Shown: positions 11,447-26,643 of the stretch, piece after piece | Layout of the letters: the number at the start of each line of letters is the position of its first letter | How positions within the stretch are numbered: the stretch's first letter is position 1 | Source: Adineta vaga | Lineage: Eukaryota; Animalia; Rotifera | NCBI GenBank assembly: GCA_021613535.1 | Contig: CP075497.1 | Coordinates: 10,788,001-10,852,000, forward strand | Length of the DNA stretch: 64,000 nt | Direction: 5' to 3' | Made by a program: the position numbers and the translations under genes | Notes under the pieces: generated by a model | Seen by the model: the letters and a program-made list of their open reading frames with translations, nothing else | Told to the model about the DNA's origin: nothing | Database searches by the model: none

Positions 11447-14400
11447 ATGGGTCCGAAAATTCATGATAGTTCTATTCAACCATCAATGAAGAGTAAGTAA
11501 TCCGAACATCCTTAAAGTATATCTAAGAACTTCAAGGTACGACTTGTTATTTTTGAGTTCTTATCTTATCCTATAAAATAAGAAAAAACTCACATAAAGT
11601 TAGTTAGTCTTTACACTGATAAAAACCTAACGTCATGACTGAATTTGTTCTTCATTGATAACAGAACCCACACCCTACACGAATTTACTGTTTAATTATT
11701 AATTTGCTTTTATAGATATGGTCGATAGAAATCATAAAGGATGGCGACGCGTCGGTCGACATTTTCTACTTCTTCTATGGAAAAATTTCATATTAGCAAA
11801 ACGAATGCCAGTTCGAACATTTCTCGAAATAACATTACCAGTCTTCTTTGGCTTTCTTTTACTTGGTATAAGACATATTGTTAAATCAGAAACATTTACG
11901 GACGATACAATTTTCCAACCATTTTCATTTAATCACTTACCTCCGTCTGAAACAGTTGACGCATCAGTGATTGGTTTTACACCGAATACAACTTTTACTA
12001 TAGATATAATGACAAAAGCTGCTAGAAATCTTGGTTTAACTGGTAAATCAATTGTATATTCTTAGCAAACGAAACTTCTAACTTTTATTTTTAGCACAAG
12101 CTTATGAAAATGAAAGCGCACTTGTAAATGAAATTAATAGAGATATGCCATCATCAATATTTCTTGGAGGTGTTGTATTTACAAATTTAAATCTAACTTC
12201 AAATATTACATATAAAATTCGATTATCTGCAAAATTAAGAAATTCAGGATCAGGGTAAAGATATTTTCGATTAGTTTTCAATTGTATAAAATGAGTTTTT
12301 TGTTCTTGGTATATAGAGGTATTTTTAATGGAGAAAATAATTGGCGAACAAATTTAATGTATCCTGTATTTCCAATTGTTGGACCGAGAAATCGAAATAG
12401 TTCAACTGGCGGAACACCTGGTTAGTTTTCAGATAATTTAATTCGTTCCTTTTTTAAAAAGAGTTTCGTCTTTCTCTTTAGGTTATTATCGCGAAGGTAA
12501 GTGTCTTAATAATAGACCCTTTTTTCTGAATAAATGATTAATTCTTTTTGATCAACATAGGTTTTCTTGCAGTACAACGATCTGTTGATATGGAACTTCT
12601 TAATAAACTTAATCCAACATTTAATTCATCAAATGTCAATATTCAACTTCAACGTTATCCATATCCACCCTATAAGGCAGATAATTTCGTTCTTGTCATA
12701 CAAGTTTGGTTTCCATTTTTACTTGTCATGTCATATATATTCGCAGCTATAAATACAGTTAAAAATATTGTCTATGAAAAAGAAAATGGTTTAAAGGTTA
12801 GACATCTTTGAATAGGAAGCTGAACTCGACTAAGTATTTGCTCATTTGTTTTTTGAATATATTTTAGGTTGCTATGACTATTATGGGTCTTAGTAATTGG
12901 ATTCATTGGGTTTCATGGTTTACACGTTCATTAGTATTTTTACTTATAGCTGATATACTCATAGCTGTTTGTTATATTGTCAAAATTCCAATAAGATCTG
13001 GTGGTTCAATGTCAGTCATTGGTGAATCAGATATTAGTTTAGTTTTCTTTTTCTTATTTACATATTCGATCGCATCAATATGTTTTATGTTTTTACTCAG
13101 TACACTTTTCGATAAAGGTAAAAAGAAATTTTGTAGCATGTTTTCTTTCAATAATCTTTTATTATTTCTTCTATAGCAAATAGTGCTGCTGCGGGTACGG
13201 GTGGTCTATGGTTTCTTTCATATTTACCATATGCATTTATTCAACCACGATATGAAACAATGACTAGAGGTGCAAAGATGGGCACATGTCTTTTACATAA
13301 TATTGGCTTAGCACTTGGTGCACAATTGATCGGCATGTATGAAGGAAAAGGTAAGATTATGATGAATTAATTTATATAAAAACAATGTAAATATGAATCT
13401 AGGTACCGGTTTACAATGGTCAATGTTTAATGAACCAGTATCAGTTGATGATAATCTTACAATGGCTGATGTCATTATAATGTTATATGTTGATGCTCTT
13501 ATCTATCTTGTTCTTGCTTTATATATTGAAAATATTTGGCCTGGTCAATATGGAATACCAAAGTAAGATGAAAATTATATGAATAAGGATAACAATCTTT
13601 GCATAATTCTAGGAGTATATTATATCCATTTACATTGAGCTATTGGCGAGGATATACAAGAGCATCTGTTCAAAAAGTTGATGATGAATTCAATATACAG
13701 AATGGAGATGAATCAAGAAATCCTGATGCTTTTGACGCTGAACCTACTGATAAGGAATTAGGTGTTCAACTTAATAATGTTTCAAAAGTAATTAATTAAA
13801 CAGAAAAAAACACAAAAGATTTAATTGACATTAACTATTCTTTTCTTCTTTAGACTTATTCATTTCTTGTACAAAGACGTCCACCTGTTCATGCTGTTAA
13901 AAATCTCAGTATGAATATCTACAATGGACAGTTAACTGCATTGTTGGGTCATAATGGAGCTGGTAAATCGCATGAATTTTCTTTCGAAATTTCAGCTTTA
14001 TCTCTATTCTAGGAAAGAGTACTACGATATCTATGATTACTGGTAAATATTTTGTTTTTAAAAGATAATTAGTTGATTATTTATTTTAATGAAAGGTTTA
14101 ATTCCACCAACAAGTGGACAAATAATTATCAATGGTTTAGATATTGCAACATCAATGAATGAAGTTCGTAATATTCTTGGTTTATGTCCACAATACAATA
14201 TTCTTTTTGATCAACTGACTGTTCGTGAACATTTAAGATTATTTGCAACAGTAAATAATATCATTCCGATCGACTTTTTTTCTAACTAAGAATTTTTATG
14301 TTTAATCATTTAGCTTAAAGGACATCCACCGAATGACATAGATAATGAAATTAATCGTATGGTTGAAGATTTAATGCTTAGCGACAAATTGGATACACTT

Positions 14401-17400
14401 TCATCGGCTTTATCTGGTGGTAAGATATTCTATATGATAGTTTAGTTTTGCCATTTTTAATACGAAAATAATATAATTCGTAGGTATGAAACGTAAATTA
14501 AGTGTTGGTATTGCATTAATTGCAAATTCAAAAGTCGTTATTTTGGATGAACCAACTAGTGGTAAGAATATAGATTGTATTCGTACAATGTTTATCAATC
14601 ATTTTGATAAATGTATTCTAGGAATGGATCCAGCTGCTCGACGATCAACTTGGGAAATGCTTCAACGTTTTCGTATGGATCGAACAATACTTTTTACTAC
14701 TCATTTTATGGATGAAGCTGATGTTCTTGGTGATCGAGTATATAAACTTGTCTAAATTCTATTCATAGAACTAATCTTCTCTTTTCATTCAATAAAATAG
14801 ATTGCAATTATGGGTGAAGGTCGTGTTCGTTGTTGTGGTTCACCATTCTTCTTAAAAACACGATATGGTATGAAAGATTGATTGAATTGTTTTGTCAAAA
14901 AAAGTAACATCAAGAATATATTTAGGTATTGGTTATCATTTAATTCTATCGAAAGATAGCAATTCTGATGCAACACGAATCTTTCAATTGGTTCAAAATC
15001 ATATTCCACAAGCACGATTAGAATCAGCAATTGGTGCAGAATGTAAATTGTTATTACCACATGGTTCATCGGCTGCTTTTCCGGCGTTATTCGAAGAAAT
15101 TGAAAAAAATAAAACTTCCTTACAGATTTTCAGTATTGGATTATCAGAAACATCAATTGAAGAGGTCTTTATGAAAATGTAAGCAAGAAAAAAAATCGTC
15201 GTTTTCTTCCTGTTAAAAGTTATTTGTTTTTAGTGTGGAAGAAGATGAACCGGACGAAATTATTACTGGAAGCAACTATCAATCAAACAGTCATTCAACT
15301 ACAAGCGATCCTGCGTTAGAATATCTCCCTCAACCCATCGATGTTTTTACGCCACCTGGTATATGAACTTTGTTTTAAGTATATTTAAGTATATATTCAA
15401 TTGTTTTAGGTGTTTTTGATATCGAAATTGTTAAAAATTCAGGATTGATATTGATGTGTCAACAATTCTATGCATTATTATTGAAACGTATAGTTAATTC
15501 ATTGAGAAATTATCTTGTTTTATTTTCTGCTCTATTACCATTTCTATTCGTTGTTATTTCATTAATTATTGAACAACAAATACCAAAACCAGGTGATAGT
15601 CCTCCATTACTTATGTCATTTGATCGATATGAGAAAACAAATGCACCTTATACATATGATCGAAATGCGAATCTTTCCATGGATTTTATTCGTTCATACG
15701 AAAACTATCTTCAAAAATCACCCAAAACGCCGAATTTAATTGATTTAACAATCCATAGTACTCAACCATGTCGTGACGAAAAAGTTAAAGATGTTGTTAC
15801 ATATTTAGCTTGTATTGGTAAACGAAGTTTACTTGAATTATCTGATCGATATTTGATTGGAGCAGATGTACAAATAAATTCTTCTATAAATGGATTAGAT
15901 ATTATTGGATTGTTTAATAATCAACCTTATCATATACTTCCATTAAGTTTAAATTCAATTACCAATACATTATTAAAACAATATTCCTCGCCTACAATGG
16001 TCAATAGTACAATTCATGTTGTAAATCATCCGGTAAACTGATAGAAACTTGCTATGCTTTTCATGATGTTTAATTTGTTGTTTTTTTTTTCAGTTACCAC
16101 GTTCATTAACAGAAGCAATTACTGATTTTCAATCGCAACAATTTTTTGGTTTTCGAATGGCATCTAGTATTGTATTTGGTTTCGGATTCTTAATGGCAGC
16201 CTATGCTGTATTTTTAATTAAAGAACGAGTGTCTAAAGCAAAACATTTACAATTTTTAAGTGGAGCTAATGCATTTACGTTTTGGTTTAGTACATTTATT
16301 TGGGATTTGATCTATTATATTTTTGCTACTGCATTAATTTTTTTTATTTGGACAATATTTTATCATGCAGCTGAATCAGTTAAAGATGATCTGGAAGTTT
16401 TTTTAACTGGTAGTCGTTTAGGATATACTATTTTGTTATATGTTATGTATGGATTTTCACACATTCCAATGACTTATCTACTTTCGTATATTTTTCAAAT
16501 TCCAGCTAGTGGTTTTGCTTGGATTACAATTATTAATATAATTACAAGTACGTATTTTCAATTCTGTTTTCAATGAAGAAAAAAATCTTCCTTCTCTTTT
16601 CCAGGTCAAGCAACACTTCTTGCAATTGTAATTCTTTCTATTCCACAACTTGAATTACTAGATGTATCTAATATTCTTGAATGGATTTTTCTGATTCTGT
16701 TTCCAAATTATTGTCTTGGTCAAGGTCTTAATGATATTTATCAAAATTCATTTCTAAATAAACTTTGTGAACCTTTAATACCCTTTTGTGCTATTGCACC
16801 AAATCCATGTTGTAAAGGTATGTACTTCATTTTCAAAATGAAATTTTTCACTTCACGAACGTCTTCGTTTTTTGCTTAACTAAAACAGATACTTGTGGTA
16901 CGAATTGTGTTGTTTATACAAGTAATTATTTAAGTTGGGAAAAACCTGGTGTTGGTCGTTATGTTGCATTTATGGCTATTCAATCTGTTGTTACTTTTGC
17001 CATTCTTCTTCTACATGATATGCAAATGTTTTCCAAACTTTGGTTTTTTATTCGTCATCGTCTTTTTAATAATCGAACTTACGTACAATTCGATAATACT
17101 ACAGAATATACAACCAATGATGCAATATCAGCAGTTGTACCGCATATTGATCATATTCAAGTTGTAGCAACGAATGAAGATGAAGATGTTAAAGCAGAAG
17201 CAGAACGAATTCAAAATACAGACCATTTTGAACTGATACAGACAGATGTTTTTGTTTTAAATCGAGTTGAAAAGATTTATAATGGAGTATTTCATGCTGT
17301 TGATCAGTTATCTGTAGGAGTTAAACATGGTGAATGTTTTGGATTATTAGGTGTCAATGGAGCGTAAGTGTAAGATTTGTAGCATAAGAAAAGTGATTGT

Positions 17401-18386
17401 TCTGTTTATTCTAGTGGAAAAACAACGACATTTAAAATGATTACTGGTGATGAAACAGTTGATGCAGGTTCAATTATTCTTGATTCAATTAATTTAAGTC
17501 AAGATATGCGAAGTGCTCAACAACGTATGGGTTATTGTCCACAATTTGATGCTTTAATTGATCTATTAACTGGTGAAGAGACACTTTATATGTTTGCTCG
17601 TTTACGTGGTGTACATGAACATTTAATTCCTCAAATAGTTAATGCATTAATTGAATTGATGAATTTAAGAAAACATGCAAGAAAACCAGTTTATGCTTAT
17701 AGTGGAGGAAATAAACGTAAATTATCAGCTGCTGTTGCACTTATTGGTGATCCATCGATTATTTTTCTTGATGAACCAACAACAGGCATGGATCCAAAAG
17801 CACGACGACATTTTTGGAATGCTATTGCACAATGTCGTGATCATGGAAAGCCGATTATTTTAACCAGTCATTCTATGGAAGAATGTGAAGCTCTATGTAC
17901 ACGTTTAGCTATTATGGTTAATGGTCGATTCAAATGTTTAGGAAGTATTCAACATTTAAAATCAAAATTTGGCGCTGGTAAATAAGATAATCTTCTCATA
18001 TCGTTTTGTTTTCTCGTTATGTTTACATTTGTTTAGGTTATACACTGATAGCGAAATTGAAAGTATTCGATGGAAATCGTGTTAATGGATTTTATTCAGT
18101 GATTCGAAATAAATTTCCACATAGTGAATTAAAAGAAGCCTATGAAGGTTTTGCACATATTCATATAAACGAACCTGACCTATCATTAGCTGCACTTTTT
18201 CGTGTTATTGAATCATGTAAACAAACATATGAAATTGAAAATTATACAGTTAGTCAAACTACATTAGAACAAGTCTTTCTAAATTTTGCACGAAGTCAAC
18301 TTGATCCCGATGAACTACGTCGTCGTATGCGTACGGAAAACAGTTGTACGAGCAAAGTGACTGCATTTTGTGGATCATTATGTTAA
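11447..18386 (+). CDS. ABC transporter subfamily A (ABCA3-like full transporter), more than 20 exons
   Basis: LLLWKNF..KR N-terminus, PGYYREGFLAVQ, IVYEKE, Walker [10 protein letters not shown] and GVNGAGKTT, signature LSGGMKRKLS and [15 protein letters not shown] x2, [12 protein letters not shown]. An upstream ATG exon (11447-11492) splices in frame to the exon containing ATG 11718. Confidence 0.93.
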
Positions 18387-19546
18387 CAAAAATAAGCGGA
18401 TATAGATTTTATTTTTATACATATGTATTTTGAATATTATCTTTATAATCTATTGTTTTTTTCTGTGTGCTTTTTTTTCTCTAAACAAATAATTAATTGA
18501 TGTTCTTATATAAAAACAAAACAATGAAATCGTTAGCTCATATGATAAGAGAAAAGATAATGATAAAGACAGATTTGATAGATTGATTAGCTGACATCGA
18601 AGTTTTTTTTTTCTCGAACATATGGTTACATTGAAGTGTGTGTGAATGAAACATGTACATCCACTTGAAAGGTTGTCAAAAACAAGTTTGATAGCTGTAT
18701 ATACATATATAATGAAAGCTGTCATTAAAGTTTGTTCTCTTTTGAAAATGATCTATTGGTATTATAACGTTCACGAAAAAAAAGTTCAAACAAAACTGAT
18801 CCCATCAAGATCAGTAAGCATTGGCATTTAATTTCTCGGACAGGTGGACAAATGTCTCATACATTAATTTTGTTCAAAGCGAAACTAAAAACGACACAAT
18901 ATAAAAGAAGTATGAAGAGTGTATGCACGTTTCCTATTGTCTTCTTTCTTTTTCTTCTACTTCTTTTTTTTTCATCGTCTGAATGTAAGAAGAATTATTT
19001 TTTAATTTGTGGTCAGCAGAAGGTTCATTCGGAACAACACAGAACACATATCAAGATGAGACACGCGTCGCACTTTTCCTATAGACGACGAAGGTCAATG
19101 TCCGGGCATATAATGCGTGCTGCCGCTTCCCGTCTGTGGAAGTTTCTCATCATTTTTTTATGTGTGTCTTAAATTAACGTTTCTCTCTCCCTCTTTTTTT
19201 TGTGTTCCCTTTGTCCTATCAATGTGCATTGAGAGTGCGTGTGTGCCACCTCTCTTGAAATGAATGGACAGAGGCGAGCGCGTGCTGACCATCTGCCGCC
19301 GTGTTTTCCATGTTTTTGCAGACAACGACGACGACGACGGCGACGATGTCGACGACGAGAGAAAAAAAATGAAAAGAACGAATGCATTTGTCCAAGCATA
19401 CGTAACGCAGTAATGGGAATAGAGAGAATGAAAGGGAGAGAGAGAGAGAATAGGAAGTAGACACCCTGTTTAATGATATAGCAGACACACATTTCGTACA
19501 TTGATTCTTTTATTCTAGATTTATCCTGGTTAACATCATCACCATC

Positions 19547-21155
19547 ATGATAGAGGAACAAGCAAATGAAAATTTAAATCCAACTTCTTTCAGCAAGTAC
19601 GTGTTTTCCTTACACTTAATCCCTTGATATTCTGTTTTTATATTTTCTCGAAAGAGTTACATATGTATGATACGTGTTTGTATATGTTATTGTTGTTTTC
19701 GGAACGCACATGGACAAATTGTATAATCACTGCATACGGTGTATACAATGTTTTGTTCTCGAAGCACACCATACATATATAGACATGCCGCATAAAAGAA
19801 AAGACCATTCTTAGTCTTCTTTTTCATTTTACATATATACATACATTTACATCTGCACACATCTAAACTATTTTCGTAAGATTAGAATACATAGTTTAAA
19901 TATGAATAAGTGAGAAAGAGACAAAATATTTGAATCGATTTTTCTCTAATTAAAAATTGTTTTTTATTCATCTTTTTTAGGCTCGATGTTCTTGCAGAAT
20001 TAGCATCGAGTCAAAAACCGATTGTTAATGATACATCGATAAAAGAAGAATTGGAAACATCAATTGATGAAACAAATCTCTCATTATCAACATCATCATT
20101 AAATTCCAGTATTAAAAGTGAGGAAACAATCTCAACTAATGAAAATATAAATCCAACATTGTCACCAACATTTGTTCTTAAAACAACACAAAAAGGCAAA
20201 CCATGTATTTTACTTGATGGCCATAGATATAAACATCGACGTGATAATCTCGATGGTTCAATGTCATGGACATGTACACAGTAAGTTCAGTTTCTTTTCA
20301 CATTAATTCTTTATTCGATTTGTTGTTTTGTTTAGTGAATTGTGTAGTGCAAGTGTACGAACATTTGGTGAACGGGTTGTTCGTCGTAATGATGATCATT
20401 TACATGGACGTACATTACGTGTTGATCCTCAACAAGAATTTCTATCTCGTTTGAAGAAACGTGCTGCTGAAGATACGGTCACTATTCCAAGAATCTATGA
20501 TGAAGAATTAGCACGATCTGTTGACGAACATTCACCTGAAATACGTTCACATTTACCATCATTCTCTTCAGTTAAATCAACATTATATCGTCATCGACAA
20601 CGTGGTCAACGTAATCAAGCATCAAAATTAATGAAAACTGAATTTAATATTGATTGTAAATCTTCATCAATAAATTCATCATCAAATTCAAGTGGATGGA
20701 ATACATTACCACCTAAAAAACGACCATTAACAATCAATGTTGATTGTTTACCAACACCAAGTCCATCTTCTTGTTGTTCGTCATCATCATTTTCTTATTT
20801 ATCATCTGAAAGTCAACATGGTGAAAAACGAAGAAAATATTCTTCTTCTTCATCATCATCATCATCATCAACAACAACAACAGCAACGTGTACTGAAGAG
20901 ATGAATAATAATAGTTCGACAACGAATAACACTAATAACAATCCTAGTGCTCAAATGGCTGTTGCTGCTGCACTTGAATCTCAACAACTGATTGCTAAAT
21001 TTCTTTCCAATCCATATAATCTTCTATTGGCACAGAATTATTTTGCCAAGTATTCAACAACATTTGCCGATAATCCACATTTTATGCTTATGCATGCTTA
21101 TGCCTTAGTATTATCTAGTCTTCAACATCAACAACAACAACAACAACTTATGTGA
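19547..21155 (+). CDS. FLYWCH zinc-finger protein (MULE-transposase N-terminus-like) with low-complexity C-terminus; 3 coding exons
   Basis: TTQKGKPCILLDGHRY...WTC|THELCSASVRT...DHLH fits FLYWCH (WxC..C..HxH), followed by LKKRAAE..IPRIYDEE..LPSFSSVKSTLYRHR. Introns about 19597-19980 and 20281-20335. Confidence 0.8.
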
Positions 21156-24100
21156 TACCTTTTCTTTTTTACTTTAGCCGTATGTCAGATCATTTTCTCT
21201 GTGGTTGTTGTATTCAGTCACGTTTACTTTTTTTTTACTTTTTTTTGTTGTTGTTGTTGTTCGTTTCTTTTCTTCCTTCTTGGGCGGTGAGCAGTCGTAT
21301 TTATGTGCGTTGTTCGCGATCTTTTTTTTTTGTTTATATGTGTCGAACTTTTAGACACGCAGATAAACATGTCATTTCATTGTTTCTTTCTTTCTTTGTT
21401 GTTACTATTATTATTATTATTATTGTTCCTCTTGGTGTTGTTCTCTTCATTTACCTAGTCATCTGAACGTATGATGTGTATGTTTGTATTGTGCTATTTA
21501 TTTTCCATGATTGATGCATTCATTCCATAAACTTTATGTGTGCCTTTTGTTTTTCGTTAGATTTCTTTTTCTCTCTCTCTCTCTGTGCCTATCATCCGAG
21601 CGGATATTCCTTATGTTTTGCTCAAACAAATTCATTTTTTTTGCTGTCGTCAGATATATTAAAAAAAGTCTAAAAGTTAAAAATATGAAACCATTTGTCT
21701 GTTAGGATGATTAGATCCGCCTTGATTTTATTGCTTTTTTGACAACGACAGGAAATGATAGTCATTTCTCAAAAAAAAAAGAAAACGCTAAGAACATGAA
21801 AAGACACAATTCATTGAGAATTTCTTCTGCCGAAACATAAAAGTTAGAGAGAGAGAGAATTATAAAGACTAAAACACACGCATGTATGCATGTTCTCTCG
21901 AACGGAAATACAAATGACATCGATCGGATCGAAACAGAACAACAAAAGGGGAAATAGCAGGCAACCAACAATGAATATTTCAAACGACTAAAAGCTATGA
22001 GAGTAGTTTGTTGGAATATAAAATTATTATTTATGGAAAAAAGAATGAGAAAGAAATGACAATATATTTGATCTAATAGTTGAAGATCAAGTTCATTTTT
22101 TCTTCCTTTAGTGTATATATATATATATATATTTGCGGAATAAATTTAAAATCAATAAATACTATTGGCATAATGATATTATTTCTTCCGCTAACATTCA
22201 GTTTTCTGCTTCAATGTTTTCATGTCTTCATTGATATTTTATCATGCTTCTTTTCTGTTTGGTATAACAAATTGCTCATTTAGAAGAAAGAAGTGACTAA
22301 CATCGATTTTCTTTTTTTTCATTTGAAATTTGTTCAGAAACATAAATTTTCTATTTCAATTAACGTCATTTTTCTCTAGAGTAGTATTAAATAAAATATT
22401 TATTTGACAAGTTTATTAAGAGAAAAAAGAATTTCAATCCTTGATATTTATATTCATTTGATGAAGATACATGTATATGTAATTGAAGTGTACATTTATT
22501 GCGTAAAAGTCATTTGTCGAAATATTTTTTTCGAGTATTATAATCTTTATTTATTGAATAAGTAGATTAACTATGTATGTTTTCCGGTTTAACATAAAGA
22601 TCTTTTCCTTTTATTATCTATATGTGAATATATGTGTATAAACGTTTGTCAAGTATTGCGTCAATAAGCTCTTGCTTGATTCCGATCTAATTAGATATTG
22701 ATTAGCTGAAGCTGATGTGTATGCATAAGACAGAGAGAGAGAGAGAAAAGGGGGAAGAAGAACGCTCGACCAAGCGTACTTGCTTGTCTACTGCCGTCAT
22801 GCATTCGATACAACGAACAGTAGGATGCAGCATATAGTTTAGTAGACGATGTAACTGAATGAATAGATAGGCGAAGCAAAAATAGCAAGAAAGACAGAGA
22901 GATTCATACACAGCAGTGAAAAACCAGGGAATGATGGAAGCGATTACACATGAAGACAGTACAGAAAAAAAAGGGAGGAAGGACTGATGTGACAGAGATA
23001 AAGGAGAAAGAAACTTGAGTTTGGATGCTATTAGAAAATTGAACGAACGCACGCATCTATGTCTGAAGACGAATGAACGAAAGAAAGCGCGCGTGCTTTG
23101 AACAAAAGCGATGTAACATTACATTACTGTTGTTGTTTTTGTTGATGTTAGAAAAGAAAGGGACAAGAGACAAGGAAACATTTTCTTTCTCGTTTCTATC
23201 TCTCTCTCCCTCTCATTTCTCTCTTCTTCTTTCTCAACTCTATAACCATTTGTCAAAAGATTAAGTAAGAAAAATATCATTATGATTTAATAGTTCCATG
23301 CAAAAATGACGAAGTTTTTTATTTGTAAAGTGTGTGAAACAAAAACTATGTGTAGAGAGACAAAAAATGTGCTAATTGATTATTTATTTATGAGACCAAG
23401 TTTAAACAGGGAATAAATAACAGAGGAAAAGAAGGAAAAAAAAAGAAATCCGAACGAGTATACTATGAGTTAACAGAGTTGATTTGGGAAAGCTACAGTC
23501 GATCGATGTATGTGCGTGTCTACAAATGACAATAATGATCATCATGCACAGATATATACTTCTTATTTCTTTATATCAATAAACAATTTCATTTAGAATT
23601 ATATATGTATATTGTTAGATTACGTGCAGTTTACTAAAGAAAAAAAAACTTATTGTTCATTATCATGATAATATAATATCAAATAAAAGAAGGTAATACA
23701 TATGGTTTTTTGTTATTATTCAGTAAAAGAAATTCTCTTTTAGATCGATAATAGTTTGAAAAAACATAATTGAATATTTTGAGAAAACAAAGCCAATAGA
23801 AGAGATATTTTTTTTATTAATAATAGCATCCGTTAAACTAATGCAATAGAGATACAGAACAGGGAAGAAAGCTTCCGTGCACACGCATCGACGTTCATTT
23901 TTTTCACACTAAATTTCTTCCGGTTTCCTTTTCCCATTAATATAAACAGGCACAACTTCTATTCAAGCATTAGAAAGATAGGTGAATAGACGTGTTCATT
24001 TCAAAATATAATGATCCATACACATGAATTCTTCGAGTTTTTCTTCTTCTTATGTTTCTCTAATCTATATTTAAATAGCTCGATTGTTCGATGTAATCAT

Positions 24101-26643
24101 TGGAGACATAAATCCTTAAAAAAACAATAACAACAGAAGGAATTAATAATAATAATAATAATAATAGTAATAGAAAAGCTGATTCAATTTTTCTTCTTTG
24201 TAAACCAATAAGCTTTTCATATTTTCATTCCATGCGTGTATTTAAAGCCATCTTTTGTGCACTAATCCATTGAAGAAGACGAAATATGCTTAGCTATTTT
24301 TGTTCTAATCTTTTTTTTTGCTTCTTCTTCTCCGAGAAAGTTTTGTTTCTTTCTATTAACAATAATTTTTCCAATGTTTTGTTATTGAATAAACGTATTT
24401 TATGCTTGAATGAATCTCTAGACGGAAATTCAAATAAGATGTAAGCTTAAAAAATCGTTCAATGTATGTATGTGTATTTTCATCATACAAAAAGAACTAA
24501 ATGGAGAAAAAAAAACAAGAGACGAGTAGAAAAAGTTGTTCGGCTACTTTCGATAATGTAATCTCAATCATTAGAGAACACACTTGCCCGTCATTGCGGA
24601 AATGAAAACTTTCTTTTTGACAGTTATGATAGTACGTGCTAGATCTTGCTGTAACTATTCTTGAGTGAACGACATTACCATCATTTTCTTCATCAATGTC
24701 TTTCCCATCATCATCATCTTTCTTTTCTTCTTCTTCTTCTGCCTCTTGTACTGGTTCATTATCAACCAAGGTTTTTGCCATCCGACTAACGATAGTGACG
24801 TTCGAATGCAAATGCGATATTCGGGTGTCAGTTTAAATGATTTGTGCTTTCCTACAACACCCATCTAGTTTACATCGACATGTAATGTTTCTATTTGGAT
24901 CGTTTGATCGATGTTATGTTTCTGTGTTAATTCAATTCTGTCCGTTCCCAAATCCTCTATTGGTACTAACAACAATTGCAACTAAAGCGTTTTCATAGAA
25001 GAAACATAAGAGAAATTAGACATACCACTTTAGCTAATTCTTTTCTTTTCTCAACGCAATCGTATTTAACTAAGCATCTCTCTTCGTTTTTGTTATTCGT
25101 TCATAATCAGAGTTTTTATCTCAGTTGACTTAATTTGACGTTCGAATAGATAAATCATCGTCTCAAATTCATTGATTCATATAAATATAAATATATATTA
25201 TAAATTGTCTATTACAATGACAATCGACAGCTTTTCCAAGGACTTTTCAGTAAACATGAAAAAAAGAATTTGTCATCAAGTAATATTGCTTATATGCCTA
25301 AGTGCGCTCTTCTTCGAATAGGGAAAAAAAAGGAGAAGAAGAAGAAGAAGAAGAGAGTATAAAAAAAGAAACGAGAATTTGTAAATGAAAGAAAAAGAAA
25401 CTCGTTCGATCTGAACGTCAATATTATTTTATTCGTTTAAATAGCAAAAACTTTATCAATATATTATTCATTTTTTTTTGAAATAAAATAAATGAATAGA
25501 AAGATTTTCTTTTCTCTCTTACAAATTTATCTGTTTTATTTGTAGATAAAGATAGACATTTGAAAAAGATTGTTTTGTAAATTTACATGATAATTTCAAG
25601 TGACAAGAAAATTGATGATGCTCATATAGATATTGACAATGATCAAGAATAGTTTGTTACTAAGAACAATTATTGCGAACAAACAGTTAACAGGTAAATA
25701 GACAAGAAAATATTTGCTTTTTGTTTTGTTTTCAAACGACAAAATAACATTGTATCCGACACAATCAAATTCAATGCAGCAGCTGCTTAATGGAATAAAA
25801 ATGATAGATTCTATTTTGACGTTAATATCTTAAGTTTTGTCTATCGATTGCCAATAACACCTTCGTTGATGACATAATAACATTGGAATAACGACTGTCG
25901 CAAAAAAGTCTGTGTATATATATGTAAATGTTTTATTGATATGTTAGATTGCTGCTAATGTTTCTTTTGACATGTCTTGAGAAAATAAAGATCTTATACG
26001 AAAAAGAATATGATTTCTTCTCGTCTAAGTATTCCTACTTTTTCATCAGAAACATCTTTTTTTCTGTTTTGATGATGCTTGAGAAATCAAGAAGATCAAG
26101 TAGAATGGACAGCTGTCAAATATACACTAATACTATAGACATCGATATATATATTTATATACATTCTAAACAATAATATTAGATGCCCTTCAAGTCGTTA
26201 GCGCTGAAATCTTAGCAAAAAAAGATGAGATTGTTTTACATACTTGGAAGATTCTTTCTTCTTCGTTTTTTTTCTATTCATCTCGTTTTTCTCTTTATTT
26301 TTCTCCTCTTTTTTTCTCTTCGTCATCTTCATAGTTGTCGTCATCGTTTCTCTTATTATCAGGCACCATATTTTAGAGATTGATTTCAAATCGCCGTCAG
26401 TCTTTCTAAATCATCTCGATCGTTGTTTGTTTCATCAATAACGACAAACTTTCTCAAGTGAAGTTTTAAAGAGAACAATCTGCCATCGTATGTTTGATTA
26501 GTTCTTTTCGTTTTAATAAAGATCTTATAGATTTATTCGTTTCTTCTAATGATCTTTTACCTAACATGCAATATTTCTCTTTTTTCCCTTAGACTTCTGT
26601 GAGCTCCAGTCGCCCTTCTTTTGGGCATTACGCTCGTGATGGC

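Noticed and set aside
18450-19561. Arg-rich and hydrophobic short ORFs
   Set aside because: Products of (CGA)n and (GA)n tracts in the FLYWCH gene's upstream region.
21152-23264. Phe/Leu-rich 'membrane protein' ORFs (also at 43255-43590 and 45802-46539)
   Set aside because: T-rich UTR and intergenic sequence yields such ORFs by chance; no splice structure or motifs support them.
24497-24868. Overlapping short ORFs on both strands
   Set aside because: They arise from (TCT/TCA)n low-complexity sequence with no recognisable motifs; probably part of the CNG gene's upstream or UTR region.
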